Of a DNA stretch of 64,000 bases, positions 45,439 through 56,884 are shown piece after piece. The translations under genes and the position numbers were made by a program. Within the stretch, counting starts at the first letter, position 1. Each line of letters opens with the position of its first letter. Origin of the DNA: an uncultured Clostridia bacterium (GTDB taxonomy: Bacteria; Bacillota; Clostridia; Christensenellales; UBA1242); assembly GCA_944377165.1 (NCBI GenBank), contig CALWEJ010000002.1, forward strand, positions 2,912 to 66,911, given 5' to 3'. The notes beneath the pieces were generated by a model, which saw only the letters and a program-made list of their open reading frames with translations, made no database searches and was not told the origin of the DNA.

Positions 45439-46185
45439 TTAAATAAATAATAAAATTAAACTTAAAATGATTAAATATATTGAAAAATAATATAAATTAT
45501 TCTTTTTAACCACTTTTAACATAATATTTATTGATAATATTCCAAAAATAAATGAAAATATCATTACTATGAATATGCCTAAATAGTCTACAGATAAATT
45601 CAATGTAAATAATTTTATACCTTCATAGACGGCGCTTGCTATTATAATTGGAATACTCATTAAAAATGAAAAATCTAGTGCTTCTTGTTTATCTAGTCCT
45701 AACAATAGTCCGCAGACTAAGGTTGAGCCACTGCGCGATATTCCGGGAAATATTGCCAGACCTTGAGCTAATCCCATATATAAAGCACTAGATTTTTTTA
45801 TATATTTATTTTTCGTTTTTACTAAATCTGCGATAACTAGTGCGATTGCAGAAATTAAGAATCCCCATACGAGTGTATTAATAGAAAAACTATCTTCAAT
45901 ATATTTATTGAATAACAGCACAATTATTACAGTCGGAATCGTAGCGATTATTAAATTTAGATTTGTTTTGTTTATTGGGTGACGAATTAAGCTAAATAAT
46001 TTTTTCCTATAACAAAATAAAACGGCAAATAATGTACCAATATGTGCCACGACACTTAACAAAACAAGATTGTCCAATTCAAAAAATGAACCAAATAAGA
46101 CAATATGTCCGCTACTCGAAATTGGCAAAAATTCAGTTATACCCTGAATAAATCCTATAAAAACATATTTAAGTATTTCAATCAC
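45439..46185 (-). CDS. uppP: Undecaprenyl-diphosphate phosphatase
   Basis: GFIQGITEFLPISSSGHI and PGISRSG motifs in a polytopic membrane protein. GTG start after GAAGGA. Confidence 0.85.
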   Translation of the reverse strand: MIEILKYVFIGFIQGITEFLPISSSGHIVLFGSFFELDNLVLLSVVAHIGTLFAVLFCYRKKLFSLIRHPINKTNLNLIIATIPTVIIVLLFNKYIEDSFSINTLVWGFLISAIALVIADLVKTKNKYIKKSSALYMGLAQGLAIFPGISRSGSTLVCGLLLGLDKQEALDFSFLMSIPIIIASAVYEGIKLFTLNLSVDYLGIFIVMIFSFIFGILSINIMLKVVKKNNLYYFSIYLIILSLILLFI

Positions 46186-46283
46186 TTGTCATTTTCCTTC
46201 TTTTAATTTATAATATCTTAAGAATTTAGTGTGTTAACTAATTTATTCAAAATGAGATTATTTTATACATAAAAGGAAAATTT

Positions 46284-47378
46284 ATGAAACTTGGAGTTGT
46301 AGGGCTACCCAATGTAGGGAAAAGTACCCTTTTTAATGCTATTACAAAGGCGGGAGCAGAGAGCGCTAACTATCCGTTTTGCACGATAGAACCGAACGTG
46401 GGAGTTGTTGATGTAGCAGATGAGCGCCTTAATAAATTGGCAGAACTTTATCACACGAATAAAATTATACCAGCGCAAATTGAATTCGTAGATATTGCCG
46501 GTCTAGTTAAAGGTGCGAGTGAAGGAGCTGGGTTAGGCAATAAATTCTTGTCGCACATTAAGGAAGTTGACGCTATTGTTCACGTAGTAAGAGTATTTAA
46601 AAACGATAAGATTATTCACGTTGACGGAAGTGTAAATCCGCTAAGAGATATTGAAACAATCAACTTAGAGTTGATACTTGCAGATATAGATAGTGTTAGC
46701 AAACGTATAGACAAAATTAAGAAGATTGTTCACGGCGGTTCAGCCGATATTACTACTCAGAAAGAATACGAATTATTAAATAAAATTTTCGATTTATTAA
46801 AAGATAGCAAGCCAGCGCGTATGCTACAATTAAACGAAGAAGAAAAGAAGATTGTTGACGGATTCTTCCTAATTACAAGTAAGCCGGTAATTTATGTTGC
46901 TAATACTAGTGATACATTAGACGATTTCCAAACTGAGAATATCGGAAAAATTAAGCAAATTGCTAAATCTGAAGGCGCGGAAGTCATCTCTCTATGCGCT
47001 AAGACAGAAGAAGAATTAATCAATATGTCGCCGGAAGATAGGGAAATGTTTAAGCAGGAATTAGGGATAGATGTATCTGGACTTGATAAGTTAATTGTCG
47101 CTAGTTATCATCTTTTAGGTCTTATTTCGTTTATAACGGCAGGCGAAAAAGAAGTGCGAGCGTGGACTATCAAGAAAGGTACACTCGCACCACAAGCGGC
47201 AGGAAAAATTCACACCGATTTTGAGCGCGGATTTATACGTGCGGACGTTGTAAAATATGACGATTTAATTTCACTAGGCGATTATAACGCTTGCAAAGAG
47301 AAAGGAAAAATTATTAGTGCAGGTAAAGACTACGTTGTACAAGACGGCGATATAATTGTGTTTAAATTCAATGTATAA
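46284..47378 (+). CDS. ychF: Redox-regulated ribosome-binding ATPase YchF
   Basis: [36 protein letters not shown] and a C-terminal TGS-like region [10 protein letters not shown]. Confidence 0.9.
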   Translation: MKLGVVGLPNVGKSTLFNAITKAGAESANYPFCTIEPNVGVVDVADERLNKLAELYHTNKIIPAQIEFVDIAGLVKGASEGAGLGNKFLSHIKEVDAIVHVVRVFKNDKIIHVDGSVNPLRDIETINLELILADIDSVSKRIDKIKKIVHGGSADITTQKEYELLNKIFDLLKDSKPARMLQLNEEEKKIVDGFFLITSKPVIYVANTSDTLDDFQTENIGKIKQIAKSEGAEVISLCAKTEEELINMSPEDREMFKQELGIDVSGLDKLIVASYHLLGLISFITAGEKEVRAWTIKKGTLAPQAAGKIHTDFERGFIRADVVKYDDLISLGDYNACKEKGKIISAGKDYVVQDGDIIVFKFNV

Positions 47379-47456
47379 TCATTTAATGACGTGATTCTTT
47401 AATATGTAAACTTATCATATACACCAATAAAAAAAGATAATGAGTTAATTAATAGA

Positions 47457-47476
47457 TTTTGAAACTAGCAGAATAA
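47457..47476. repeat. 20-bp perfect inverted repeat, left copy (TTTTGAAACTAGCAGAATAA)
   Basis: Exact reverse complement of 48271..48290. Confidence 0.8.
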
Positions 47477-47670
47477 GAAACACTTTACAGCAAAAATTAA
47501 GGTATCTTTTATTTTCATCTTGATTTTCAAATAAAACGAATTTTTCCCCTGCTGTTAAAGGTTGTTATAATAATTTCTCATATTCATATTTTCAAACATT
47601 CATTTTAACCTTGACTACAAAGAGTTTTTTATTAAATGATATATAATATACTTATAAACAAAGGAGAAAT

Positions 47671-48197
47671 ATGGAGAAAATAAATTCATTCAATATATGC
47701 TTTAAGTCGGAAAATATATATTATGTTAATGTGTCAAAACTTCTCATTCCAGATTATCTAATAATGATAAACAATAAAAATATAGCGACATTGTTATCAT
47801 CTAATGTTAAAACTTATACATATAACGATGAATTAAAATGGGTTGAGAAAAAGCTTGAAAATAAATCTTTGATTTTTTCTATGATTGAAAGACAAACGCA
47901 AAAGTTTATTGGAAATATTGAACTTACGAATGTTAATGAGAAAAGTGCAGAAATAGGAATAGTTATAACAGAAGTTTTCAGGGAAAACATTACGGTACGG
48001 AAGCCTTAAAGACAATTATTGATTATGGTTTCAAAGTCTTAAATTTGGAAGAACTCAATTTGGTTGTTTTTTCACATAATTCACGAGCTATACATTGTTA
48101 TAAAAAATTGGGATTTAAAGAATATAAAATAATAAACAAAAGTGCAGTAATTAATAATCAATTTGTAGACGATATTTATATGAAACTCAAAAAATAA
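47671..48197 (+). pseudogene. GNAT-family N-acetyltransferase disrupted by a -1 frameshift
   Basis: Frame 1 ends ...GIVITEVFRENITVRKP* at 48009. The next frame continues GKHYGTEALKTIIDYGFKVLNLEELNLVVFSHNSRAIHCYKKLGFKEY...* (GNAT motif A region) to 48197. The shift lies in a T-run around 47975-47985. Confidence 0.65.
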
Positions 48198-48270
48198 GGA
48201 TGCTTAGTCTATTAATTTTTGAAACAGACATAAAAAGGAACTATACTTTATATGTATAGTTTCTTTTATT

Positions 48271-48290
48271 TTATTCTGCTAGTTTCAAAA
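48271..48290. repeat. 20-bp perfect inverted repeat, right copy (TTATTCTGCTAGTTTCAAAA)
   Basis: Exact reverse complement of 47457..47476. Confidence 0.8.
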
Positions 48291-48343
48291 TGACTTAGCT
48301 TTGTTCATTATTTTTTTTCTATTTTTGGTTTTTATAATAGGCA

Positions 48344-49573
48344 TTATTTTACTTTAATTAATAGGTAATTTTTCTTGCCCTTTTTAAATAAAATTCCATT
48401 GGTTAATTTATTTTTATCTATTGTGATGGTGCTGTCTTTAATAACTTCTCCGTCCATAGATAAGCCATTTTGCTCAATCAAGCGACGTGCCTCGCCTTTA
48501 GATTGTACAAATTTTGCATTCACTAATAAGTCTAAAAGTCCAATAGAGTTTTCGGTTAAATCTAGTTCAATCATAGGAGCATTTGATTTATCAATGTTAT
48601 TACTTGCAAAAAGGTTATTTGACATTTTTTCAGCTTCTATTGCGTCCGCTTCGCCACGAATAAATTTCGTAATTTCGAATGATAATCGTTTCTTAGCCTT
48701 TACGATATCTTCGCTAATAATTTTCCTAACATAATCCATAGGCTCATCAGTAAATAGAGCGAACATCATTTCAACGCACGCATCTGGAGTTTGATATATT
48801 CCTTGATAGAAATCATATGCTGAAATTTTATCTTTTTCTATCCAAATAGCGCCCTTTTCCGTTTTACCCATTTTCTTACCTTCTGGAGTTAGGAGTAAAG
48901 GATTTGTGACCCCAATCATTGTACGATTTTTTCCGTCAATGAAATTCATTTTTCTACCGAGCTCTGCGCCTGCGACAATATTTCCCCATTGGTCAGCGCC
49001 TCCCCATTGTACGTTGCAACCATAAGTCTTGTTAAGATATAAGAAATCATATGCCTGCATTAACATATAACCCATTTCGAAGAAAGTTAAGCCACCTTCT
49101 TCCATACGTTTAGAGTATATTTCGTTAGTAATCATTTTATTTACATTAAAATGTACACCGACGTCACGCATAAAATCAACATAACTATAATTTTTAAACC
49201 AGTCTGCGTTGTTTACGATAATTGCAGGGTTATCACCTGAGAAATCTAAGAATTTACTGTATGCGCGCTTAATTCCTTCAATATTATGCTCTAATTGTTC
49301 TTTCGTAAGCATAGGACGCATATCAGTCTTGCCTGAAGGGTCACCTATAGCGGCAGTCGCACCGCCGACTAAGATTATAACCTTATGACCAGCTTGTTGA
49401 AATCTTCTTAGTATTGTACAGGGCACGCAGTGACCAATATGCAAACTATCTGCTGTAGGGTCAGTCCCGGTATATACAGTCACTTTCTCGTTATCTAAAA
49501 GATATTTTAATTTTTCTTCATCAGTTGATTGATATAATAAATTTCTTTCTTTTAATGTTTCAAATAAACCCAT
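48344..49573 (-). CDS. tyrS: Tyrosine--tRNA ligase
   Basis: TGTDPTADSLHIGH (HIGH), KMGKT (KMSKS) and a C-terminal S4 domain (SKGEARRLIEQNG). Confidence 0.9.
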   Translation of the reverse strand: MGLFETLKERNLLYQSTDEEKLKYLLDNEKVTVYTGTDPTADSLHIGHCVPCTILRRFQQAGHKVIILVGGATAAIGDPSGKTDMRPMLTKEQLEHNIEGIKRAYSKFLDFSGDNPAIIVNNADWFKNYSYVDFMRDVGVHFNVNKMITNEIYSKRMEEGGLTFFEMGYMLMQAYDFLYLNKTYGCNVQWGGADQWGNIVAGAELGRKMNFIDGKNRTMIGVTNPLLLTPEGKKMGKTEKGAIWIEKDKISAYDFYQGIYQTPDACVEMMFALFTDEPMDYVRKIISEDIVKAKKRLSFEITKFIRGEADAIEAEKMSNNLFASNNIDKSNAPMIELDLTENSIGLLDLLVNAKFVQSKGEARRLIEQNGLSMDGEVIKDSTITIDKNKLTNGILFKKGKKNYLLIKVK

Positions 49574-49590
49574 AAAATCCTCTATATTAA

Positions 49591-50388
49591 TTATCTAGCA
49601 TTCCATAAATCACTGACCCATTCTTGAATCATATTGCCTTCAATAACATATTTTCCAATAATTTCGTCAGTTTTATTATAAACAAATTTTTCGACAGTAG
49701 TATTGTCTTGAATAACAGGGGTGATAGCACTATTTACAGGCGGTATTAAAGATAGTGCTACTAAAATTATATTAATAATTACGACTATACAAGCACCTTT
49801 TAATGCGCCTAAAATGAACCCAAAAGCCTTATTTAATCCACCGATAATCTTCACTTTAGAAATCTTATCAAATAGACGAGTAAGCAAAGCAATGACAATC
49901 TTAAGCACAATGAATATTAATATTCCAGAAATCAATATTACACACATATGACCTATCGTCATACCTAGAATATTTCCGACTGTAGCCGTGCTTGTAGGGT
50001 CAAATGATGTATTGTTAAATACCATAATTATAAATCGTAATAATACACCATTCATTCCTTGAACTGCTTGTATGTCTGCTAAAATAGCAGTTTTAACCGA
50101 CTCGGCAGTCGCTCCGTCCGCGTTATAACTATTAATAGATTTGTTAAATACTTCCCCCATACCGCTAAGAGCTTCTTCAATTTTCGTTCCTATAAGCGAA
50201 GTGAAGTCGTAAATTCCGTTTATCCAATTAGCGACATATTTTGCTAAAAATATTGCGACTAATAAACACACAACCCAACTAAATAGGGAAAGGATAGTCT
50301 TGAAAAACCCTTTCTTTAAGCCAATAATAGCAAAAATTAGAACTATTGCTACTAATACAATATCAATAATTAATCCTAAAGTTGACAT
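49591..50388 (-). CDS. cvpA: CvpA-family membrane protein
   Basis: N-terminus IDIVLVAIVLIFAIIGLKKGFFKTILSLFSW is typical of CvpA. Multiple TM helices. RBS AAGGAG. Confidence 0.6.
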   Translation of the reverse strand: MSTLGLIIDIVLVAIVLIFAIIGLKKGFFKTILSLFSWVVCLLVAIFLAKYVANWINGIYDFTSLIGTKIEEALSGMGEVFNKSINSYNADGATAESVKTAILADIQAVQGMNGVLLRFIIMVFNNTSFDPTSTATVGNILGMTIGHMCVILISGILIFIVLKIVIALLTRLFDKISKVKIIGGLNKAFGFILGALKGACIVVIINIILVALSLIPPVNSAITPVIQDNTTVEKFVYNKTDEIIGKYVIEGNMIQEWVSDLWNAR

Positions 50389-50649
50389 AATTGCTCCTTA
50401 AATCTATGTTAATTTTATCATAACTAAATATATTTGTAAACGTTTTTACAAAACTTATATGATTTTAAATTTTTTAATTTATCAAAATGCTCAATTATGA
50501 CAATATGTTTGACTTTTTAATAGAAAAATAGTAATTTAGTAAGGTCAATATTAATAAAAATGTTCTAATAGGAAAATATAATCTTAAATTAGTCATTTTA
50601 TTTGTTAATATTTTTTTATTATGCTATAATATAAATTACTGAGGTGTAT

Positions 50650-52863
50650 ATGGAAAAGAAAAAAAATAATGCCTGGAAATCATCTATTTTCTACATTATT
50701 ATGCTTGTAGCGATAGTCGTATTAGTCTATTGGGTAGTGGCAAGGAATAATAAGGGAAAAGAGATTTCTTATACAGAATTTCAAAATATGGTGGAAACTA
50801 ATCAAGTCGCCGAAATTGATGTTTACGGATATACCATTCGTATTAGATTGATAGACGGTGTTGCTGAAAATAATTTCCCTAATAAAGTTGATGCTTATTG
50901 TACATTTATGAGTGTCAACGAACTAACGAGCTTTATTGACGAATATAACGACAGTTTATACCAGAAAAATGAAGACGGTAGTTATGTACTAGACGAAAAT
51001 AATAATAAAGTGCTAAAAGAAGGCGCGGTACTTATCAATGCTTCGTATTCATACGAATCTGAGTCTTGGTTAGCAAGTGCATTACCTTATGTTAGTGTGA
51101 TAGTGATTGTTGTTATCGGTATTTTCTTATTTAAGGCGATGTCTGGCAACAATAAAGGTTTTGGTTTTGGAAAATCTAAAGCAAAACTTGTTATTTCTTC
51201 AAACGTAAAATTCTCGGACGTCGCAGGTGCAGATGAAGAAAAGCAAGAGTTAAAAGAGATTGTTGAATTTTTAAAGAACCCTTCTAGATTTACAGAATTG
51301 GGCGCGCGCATACCTAAAGGTGTTCTATTAGTAGGACCTCCGGGAACGGGTAAGACTTTACTCGCTAAAGCGGTAGCTGGAGAGAGCAAAGTTCCATTCT
51401 TTAGTATTTCAGGTAGTGATTTCGTAGAATTGTACGTTGGTGTCGGTGCTAGTCGTGTGCGTGACTTGTTCGACAGCGCTAAAGCGAATGCTCCTTGTAT
51501 AGTATTTATCGATGAAATAGATGCTGTCGGAAGGCAAAGAGGTGCAGGCTTAGGTGGCGGAAATGACGAAAGAGAACAAACATTAAATCAGTTGCTAGTA
51601 GAAATGGACGGATTCGAGCAAAATAGCGGTATAATTGTCCTTGCTGCAACTAACCGTGCAGACGTTCTTGACCCAGCATTAACTAGACCAGGACGTTTTG
51701 ATAGACAAGTTTATGTTCATCTTCCAGACGTTAAAGGCCGTGAAGATATTATTAAAGTTCATTCTAAAAATAAACCTTTTAGCGATGATGTAGATATTAA
51801 ACGAATCGCTAGAATCACTAGCGGACTTGCGGGCGCAGATATTGAAAATATCTTAAATGAAGCAGCTTTACTTACTGCGCGCGACGGACGTTATAAAATT
51901 ACAATGGTAGATATTCAAGAAGCGGTTAATAAAGTCCTTATGGGGCCTAAAAAATTATCTCGTGTTATCACTGAGCAAGATAAAAGAATTACCGCTATAC
52001 ACGAGGCTGGTCACGCGATTGTGGCTGAAAGTCTTCCTAACTGCGACAAGGTGCAAGAAATTTCTATTATTCCACGTGGTATGGCAGGCGGATATACCCT
52101 AACATTTGACGAAAATGACCGTTCACATATGCCTAAGCAAAAATTGCTTGATAGTTTAGCAATGATGTTAGGCGGACGTACGGCTGAACAAATTATGCTA
52201 GACGATATTACTACAGGTGCTTCTAACGATATTGAACGCGCTACAAAGTTGGCACGTAAAATGGTGGCAGAATGGGGAATGTCTGAGAAAATCGGACTTA
52301 TAAGTTTCGGAGAAGGTGACCAGATATTTGTAGGACGTGATTATCAACGTCAAGTTCCTTATGGGCAAGAACTTGCTTCAAAAATTGATGAGGAAGTTAA
52401 AGCAATTATCGACAATGCGCACGATATAGCGTACAAGATATTGACTGAAAAACGTGACGTTATAGAAAAAGTCACGCATATCCTTCTCGATAAAGAAACA
52501 ATATACAAAGAAGAATTCGAAATGCTATTTAACGGCGCGTCAGTAGAGGACGTCGAGCAAGCGATTGAAAAGAAAGAAGAAGAAAAACGCGCTTATCAAG
52601 AAAAGGCTAAAAAAGAAGCACAAGCAGAGCATATGAACCGCGATATGAAGTCACGTTTAGCAACTGCTGAAGCACTAGCAAAAGCTGGTGTTATAAATAA
52701 AGCGGATTTGGAGAAAATACGAGCAGAAGTAGAAGAAGAACTCGCTAGACAAGGCAGTGAACAATCTAAATCTTCAAAGAGTGAAGAAAAAAATAACGAA
52801 TCAAGCACAAATGACAAGCAAAGTAAAGACCCTAATAACAATGATGAAGATAAAAATGCTTAA
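50650..52863 (+). CDS. ftsH: ATP-dependent zinc metalloprotease FtsH
   Basis: [27 protein letters not shown], the SRH region and HEAGHA. The ATG at 50650 follows GAGG; the track start at 50644 is a GTG. Confidence 0.9.
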   Translation: MEKKKNNAWKSSIFYIIMLVAIVVLVYWVVARNNKGKEISYTEFQNMVETNQVAEIDVYGYTIRIRLIDGVAENNFPNKVDAYCTFMSVNELTSFIDEYNDSLYQKNEDGSYVLDENNNKVLKEGAVLINASYSYESESWLASALPYVSVIVIVVIGIFLFKAMSGNNKGFGFGKSKAKLVISSNVKFSDVAGADEEKQELKEIVEFLKNPSRFTELGARIPKGVLLVGPPGTGKTLLAKAVAGESKVPFFSISGSDFVELYVGVGASRVRDLFDSAKANAPCIVFIDEIDAVGRQRGAGLGGGNDEREQTLNQLLVEMDGFEQNSGIIVLAATNRADVLDPALTRPGRFDRQVYVHLPDVKGREDIIKVHSKNKPFSDDVDIKRIARITSGLAGADIENILNEAALLTARDGRYKITMVDIQEAVNKVLMGPKKLSRVITEQDKRITAIHEAGHAIVAESLPNCDKVQEISIIPRGMAGGYTLTFDENDRSHMPKQKLLDSLAMMLGGRTAEQIMLDDITTGASNDIERATKLARKMVAEWGMSEKIGLISFGEGDQIFVGRDYQRQVPYGQELASKIDEEVKAIIDNAHDIAYKILTEKRDVIEKVTHILLDKETIYKEEFEMLFNGASVEDVEQAIEKKEEEKRAYQEKAKKEAQAEHMNRDMKSRLATAEALAKAGVINKADLEKIRAEVEEELARQGSEQSKSSKSEEKNNESSTNDKQSKDPNNNDEDKNA

Positions 52864-52920
52864 AATGCTTGCTAAAAATTAAAAATTTGTGTATGCTAAC
52901 TATATAAATTAGGAGAAATT

Positions 52921-53532
52921 ATGGCAAAAAAAATAGGAGCGATTGTCAGTGTATCAATAATAGGTATATTAATCTTAGCGACAATCATTATGGCTAACAT
53001 AAACGTAAATTATAGTATTAATTGTGCTAATCCGGACGCAATTTATGTCCAATATGGTTCTAATGCACAAATTACAGCTACAGATAGTCAATATAATGAA
53101 ATTTTAAATTATATTAATAATGCTAGTAAAGGTAATTCACTAGAAGCATTGTTTTCAGGGAATTTGTTTACTAAGGCGGAAATAACTACTGTTAGAAATT
53201 ATACTACAGGCTCAAATGTTGTACCTACCACGTCAGGTACATTCAACGTTGTGTTCCAGTATAATAGTCCGCAAGCATTAAAATATGGTAAAGATAACTA
53301 TATTGATAGTCACGGCAAGACATATTATTATAAAGAATTAGTATTTTCTATTAATAATACTAACGGCGAATCTGATTTTAGAGTTTATATTAAACCATAT
53401 TATGAAGAAAATTCTTCAAATGGTAGTACTGATGTACAATATAGCGGAGAAAACTACACTAAATATTATACTTTAAGTGCTGATTTTACTAATCTTTATA
53501 ACTATTTAAGTGAAAATGGTTTTAATCAATAA
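52921..53532 (+). CDS. Membrane-anchored hypothetical protein
   Basis: RBS AGGAG and an N-terminal TM helix. Confidence 0.6.
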   Translation: MAKKIGAIVSVSIIGILILATIIMANINVNYSINCANPDAIYVQYGSNAQITATDSQYNEILNYINNASKGNSLEALFSGNLFTKAEITTVRNYTTGSNVVPTTSGTFNVVFQYNSPQALKYGKDNYIDSHGKTYYYKELVFSINNTNGESDFRVYIKPYYEENSSNGSTDVQYSGENYTKYYTLSADFTNLYNYLSENGFNQ

Positions 53533-53555
53533 TCATATTAATCAATTTTCAAAAT

Positions 53556-53588
53556 AAAAATAACGGACAACAAATCCGTTATTTTTTA
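53556..53588. terminator. Bidirectional terminator between convergent genes
   Basis: ATAACGGA(53560-67)/TCCGTTAT(53575-82), with an A-run before and a T-run after. Confidence 0.7.
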
Positions 53589-53598
53589 TATGTAATTT

Positions 53599-53826
53599 TT
53601 ATTTTTTTAATTTTTCAATGTAATTTACAATGTCGCCTACAGTCTTCAATTTAGAAACATCTTCATCAGGCAAACTAATACCAAATTCATCTTCAAAAGT
53701 CATTATAAGTTCTACTACGTCAAGGCTATCTGCTTCCAAATCTTCGATAAGGTTGCTTTTTAAAGTAATAGATTCCTTTTTCTTACCTAACTTTTCTGCA
53801 ATTAAACTAATAATTTTCTCTTCCAT
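53599..53826 (-). CDS. acpP: Acyl carrier protein
   Basis: 75 aa with LEADSLDVVELIM (a DSL phosphopantetheine site). RBS AGGAGG. Confidence 0.9.
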   Translation of the reverse strand: MEEKIISLIAEKLGKKKESITLKSNLIEDLEADSLDVVELIMTFEDEFGISLPDEDVSKLKTVGDIVNYIEKLKK

Positions 53827-54024
53827 GTTGCCTCCTATTAATATTTTATACGATAGGCGATTAAAAGTAAAGTATTTTAAATAATTTTAACTTAAGCTAA
53901 CTGTATTTTGCGACGGAGAAAGAAGATTAAACTTTAAATAAATATGACAAGATAATTCACTTATTTTATAAAATTCTACATTGTTTAACAAATTGCAATT
54001 ATAAAAATATGGTAAAATATAGAT

Positions 54025-54957
54025 ATGAATATTATATATAAGAATTTTTATGAAGAATTAAATATCTCGGTTAAGAAATATGCTAAGTACCAAAAAGTCC
54101 TTTTACTTTATGATGATTGTGTGACAAATAGTGAAATAAATTCAGTTGAAAGTGCAGTAAAAGGAGAATGTGTTTTCAATAAAGCCGATATAAATAAATT
54201 TGATTATACTTTAGTGTATGACGGATATAAAATGCTAATTTTTTTATGCGGAGTTGATAGTTTCCTTAAAATCAAATTTGATATTAGCGAGTTTGTTAAC
54301 TTCTTTTTTTGTGTTGATAATAACCAGTTGCCATACCTTATTCCTAAAATTAAAAATGCTCACAATTATCTATGCTTAGAGTATAATAAGATAGATGTAA
54401 ATATAATTACAAGTGTTTATTTTAATAAATTTTATAAATATTTATGTGATATTTTTTACAATCAAAATAGTAGAATAGAATTAGACTTTTCGCTAAGCGA
54501 AATTACTCAGTCAAAAGCACTAGCATTTACGGACGGATTAGATACGAATTTTGACTTTGTGGATTTAGACTTAATTAAAAACGCAAATATAGAATATAAA
54601 TATTTGCCGTTAGTCGATTATCTGTTGATTTCCGCCTTTCAAATTATCATATCTGCCATCAGGACGCACACTTTAAATCTAGTAGATATATATAAATCTT
54701 GCAGGGAAGACGAAAATAAAATAGAACAATTTTATGCTATGACAAAAAATGCTGTTTTGCCGAATATTATTGAAATTAATTATAATATTTTAAGTATTGC
54801 TTGCGAAAAAACAAAAACTCGAATAAAAGAATATTTAGTATTGTCCTTAGATTGCTATGAGAATATAGATTCAATTATAAATAAAATGAAAGATTATTGT
54901 AAACACACAAATAATTTGCTTAGTTATTTATACCTTTACAATATATTCTCGTATTAG
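54025..54957 (+). CDS. Hypothetical protein (apparently leaderless mRNA)
   Basis: 310-aa ORF. TGgTAAAAT ends 6 nt before the ATG, and there is no SD. Confidence 0.55.
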   Translation: MNIIYKNFYEELNISVKKYAKYQKVLLLYDDCVTNSEINSVESAVKGECVFNKADINKFDYTLVYDGYKMLIFLCGVDSFLKIKFDISEFVNFFFCVDNNQLPYLIPKIKNAHNYLCLEYNKIDVNIITSVYFNKFYKYLCDIFYNQNSRIELDFSLSEITQSKALAFTDGLDTNFDFVDLDLIKNANIEYKYLPLVDYLLISAFQIIISAIRTHTLNLVDIYKSCREDENKIEQFYAMTKNAVLPNIIEINYNILSIACEKTKTRIKEYLVLSLDCYENIDSIINKMKDYCKHTNNLLSYLYLYNIFSY

Positions 54958-54998
54958 AAAAAGAATAAAAAACTACAAAAATTTTAATATATTTTACC

Positions 54999-55457
54999 AT
55001 GGTCGTGATTAAGAAATTTTCTTCTGCTAATAATTTTCGTATGAAGAAATTATTAATAGTCGCGACTCTTTTTATTATCTTAATTAACGCGAACGATGTA
55101 AAACCTTTTAGCTTATTAGATTATTTTGAAGGCGAGTATTATGCCTATACTGAATCGAGGTTGTCGAGTGACAGTATTAATTTAGGTATGTGCTATATGA
55201 CCGAATCAGCCGTATCAATAAAAGACGTTGTAGGAGAGAGCATTAAAGTATATAACTTTGAACCAATAAGTGCCTTAGATGAATTAAATGCACGTTTGAT
55301 TAAAACTGAGCAAGTAGAAGGTGCGACTATATTTTATGCCTATTCACATTTAGTCGATAGGTCGGTAAATGTATTCGGAACAAAATGCAATATACAAATT
55401 GTTTACTATGATGATTATTCAATTATTGGCTGGCCTATGATTTTAGGTTCATTCTAG
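54999..55457 (+). CDS. Hypothetical secreted or membrane-anchored protein
   Basis: 152-aa ORF. A hydrophobic segment follows an internal MKKLLIVATLFIILI, so the start is uncertain. Confidence 0.5.
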   Translation: MVVIKKFSSANNFRMKKLLIVATLFIILINANDVKPFSLLDYFEGEYYAYTESRLSSDSINLGMCYMTESAVSIKDVVGESIKVYNFEPISALDELNARLIKTEQVEGATIFYAYSHLVDRSVNVFGTKCNIQIVYYDDYSIIGWPMILGSF

Positions 55458-55535
55458 TACGGAAAATAAAAAAATAAATTATTAATTTTTGTTTAAAAGA
55501 AAAAATATTGGATATTATCATTGCAAGGAGGGAAT

Positions 55536-56120
55536 ATGAATAACGTCAACACTCAACAAAAGAAGAAAACAATTTTAACCTACATCTATGCAACAGTCAT
55601 TGGTCTTTTAATCGTTGCTTGCGCGGTCACTATAGCAGTTGTTAGCAACAATAATAGCAGTAAATTAAATGTGGGTGAAGATACGCCTGTATCAGCAAAT
55701 ACTTATATCGTGCCTATGCGCAATTACACTATTCAAAAAGATTATTCAGGTAGCGAATTGCAATACAATGATACGTTAAAGCAGTGGGAAATTCATAAGG
55801 CTATAGACTTTGTGGCAGTTGATGACTTAGACGTATTGGCTGTGGCTGACGGAACTGTATCAAACGTATATACGAATTATCTTGAAGGTACAGTCATAGA
55901 GATTACTCATAGCAATGGTGTAGTTTCTATTTACAAGTCATTAGATAGTGATAGTGTCACAGTATCGGCAGGCGACCAAGTTAGTGCAGGGACAGTAATA
56001 GGTAAAGCTAGTGATAGTATGGCGCAAGAATTAAATAATGGCGCACATTTGCATTTTGAAATGACAGTTAATGGTGTAAAAGTTGACCCTAACGATTATT
56101 TATCACTAGGAGAAAAATAA
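55536..56120 (+). CDS. M23-family metallopeptidase
   Basis: HKAIDF and HLHFEM motifs and an N-terminal TM anchor. The ATG at 55536 follows AAGGAGGG. Confidence 0.8.
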   Translation: MNNVNTQQKKKTILTYIYATVIGLLIVACAVTIAVVSNNNSSKLNVGEDTPVSANTYIVPMRNYTIQKDYSGSELQYNDTLKQWEIHKAIDFVAVDDLDVLAVADGTVSNVYTNYLEGTVIEITHSNGVVSIYKSLDSDSVTVSAGDQVSAGTVIGKASDSMAQELNNGAHLHFEMTVNGVKVDPNDYLSLGEK

Positions 56121-56124
56121 TAAA

Positions 56125-56162
56125 AACATGAAGTGGGTTTTGATTCACTTCATGTTATTTTT
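56125..56162. terminator. Bidirectional terminator between convergent genes
   Basis: AACATGAAGTG(56125-35)/CACTTCATGTT(56146-56) followed by a T-run. Confidence 0.7.
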
Positions 56163-56753
56163 TTATGCAGCTGGAGAATATGTGCTTAGCCAATCTTCTG
56201 GAGCAGTAGTCCAAACTGAGTTTGCTGCATTGTTAGCCTTTTGTATTGTTTCTACAATAACTTGAATATTAAAAGTTTTGTTGGCATCTTCGTTAGTAAG
56301 AGTGGTAGGAACTGTAATAGACGTGATAAAGTCTACGTCTTCGTCAGCATTTATACTACCTTTGTAATAATGATATTGGTCATCGCCTAATTGCCAATTT
56401 TCAGTAGTAGTTGCATCTACACTTGTTGAAGCACCATCAGTGTTAGTGATTGTTAATTTTGCTCTGACTAGCGCTTCAGTCATATCAGTAGGTGCACTAA
56501 TACCAATTGCTTGGTCATAGACAGTCCCGGGTAGTGCATCGCCAGGGAATGTTAGAGATGAAGCTGAAGCTCCACCTTGCGTAATAGATATGGTGACTGG
56601 GTCACCTAACGTGATATCACCGGCAACATCTGCTGTCGCAGTAAAGTAAGCGAGAGTGATACCAATACCAATACTAGCTAATAGTAAAACGGATAAGATT
56701 ACTATAGCTACTACTGCGCCAGAGACACGGCGCCTTGATGTATTTTTTTCCAT
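56163..56753 (-). CDS. SipW-dependent-type signal peptide protein (TasA/camelysin-like)
   Basis: N-terminus RRRVSGAVVAIVILSVLLLASIGIGITLAYFTA matches the AYFTD-type signal pattern. A T/S/A-rich mature part. Confidence 0.6.
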   Translation of the reverse strand: MEKNTSRRRVSGAVVAIVILSVLLLASIGIGITLAYFTATADVAGDITLGDPVTISITQGGASASSLTFPGDALPGTVYDQAIGISAPTDMTEALVRAKLTITNTDGASTSVDATTTENWQLGDDQYHYYKGSINADEDVDFITSITVPTTLTNEDANKTFNIQVIVETIQKANNAANSVWTTAPEDWLSTYSPAA

Positions 56754-56884
56754 AACAACTCCTTTTGTAAGTACACTCTTAATTTGTGCAGGAGTTCAAT
56801 TTTTATGTAAATATTTTTTTATTTTTAATAAAATTCATAAAAAAGCACCCCTATTATAAAGGGGCTTTTTATTATTTGATATGA

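Noticed and set aside
48344-49590. Expected T-box riboswitch upstream of tyrS (and of gltX at 39087..39111)
   Set aside because: Only 17 nt separate tyrS from the upstream cvpA gene, and about 25 nt precede gltX. There is no room for a T-box leader.
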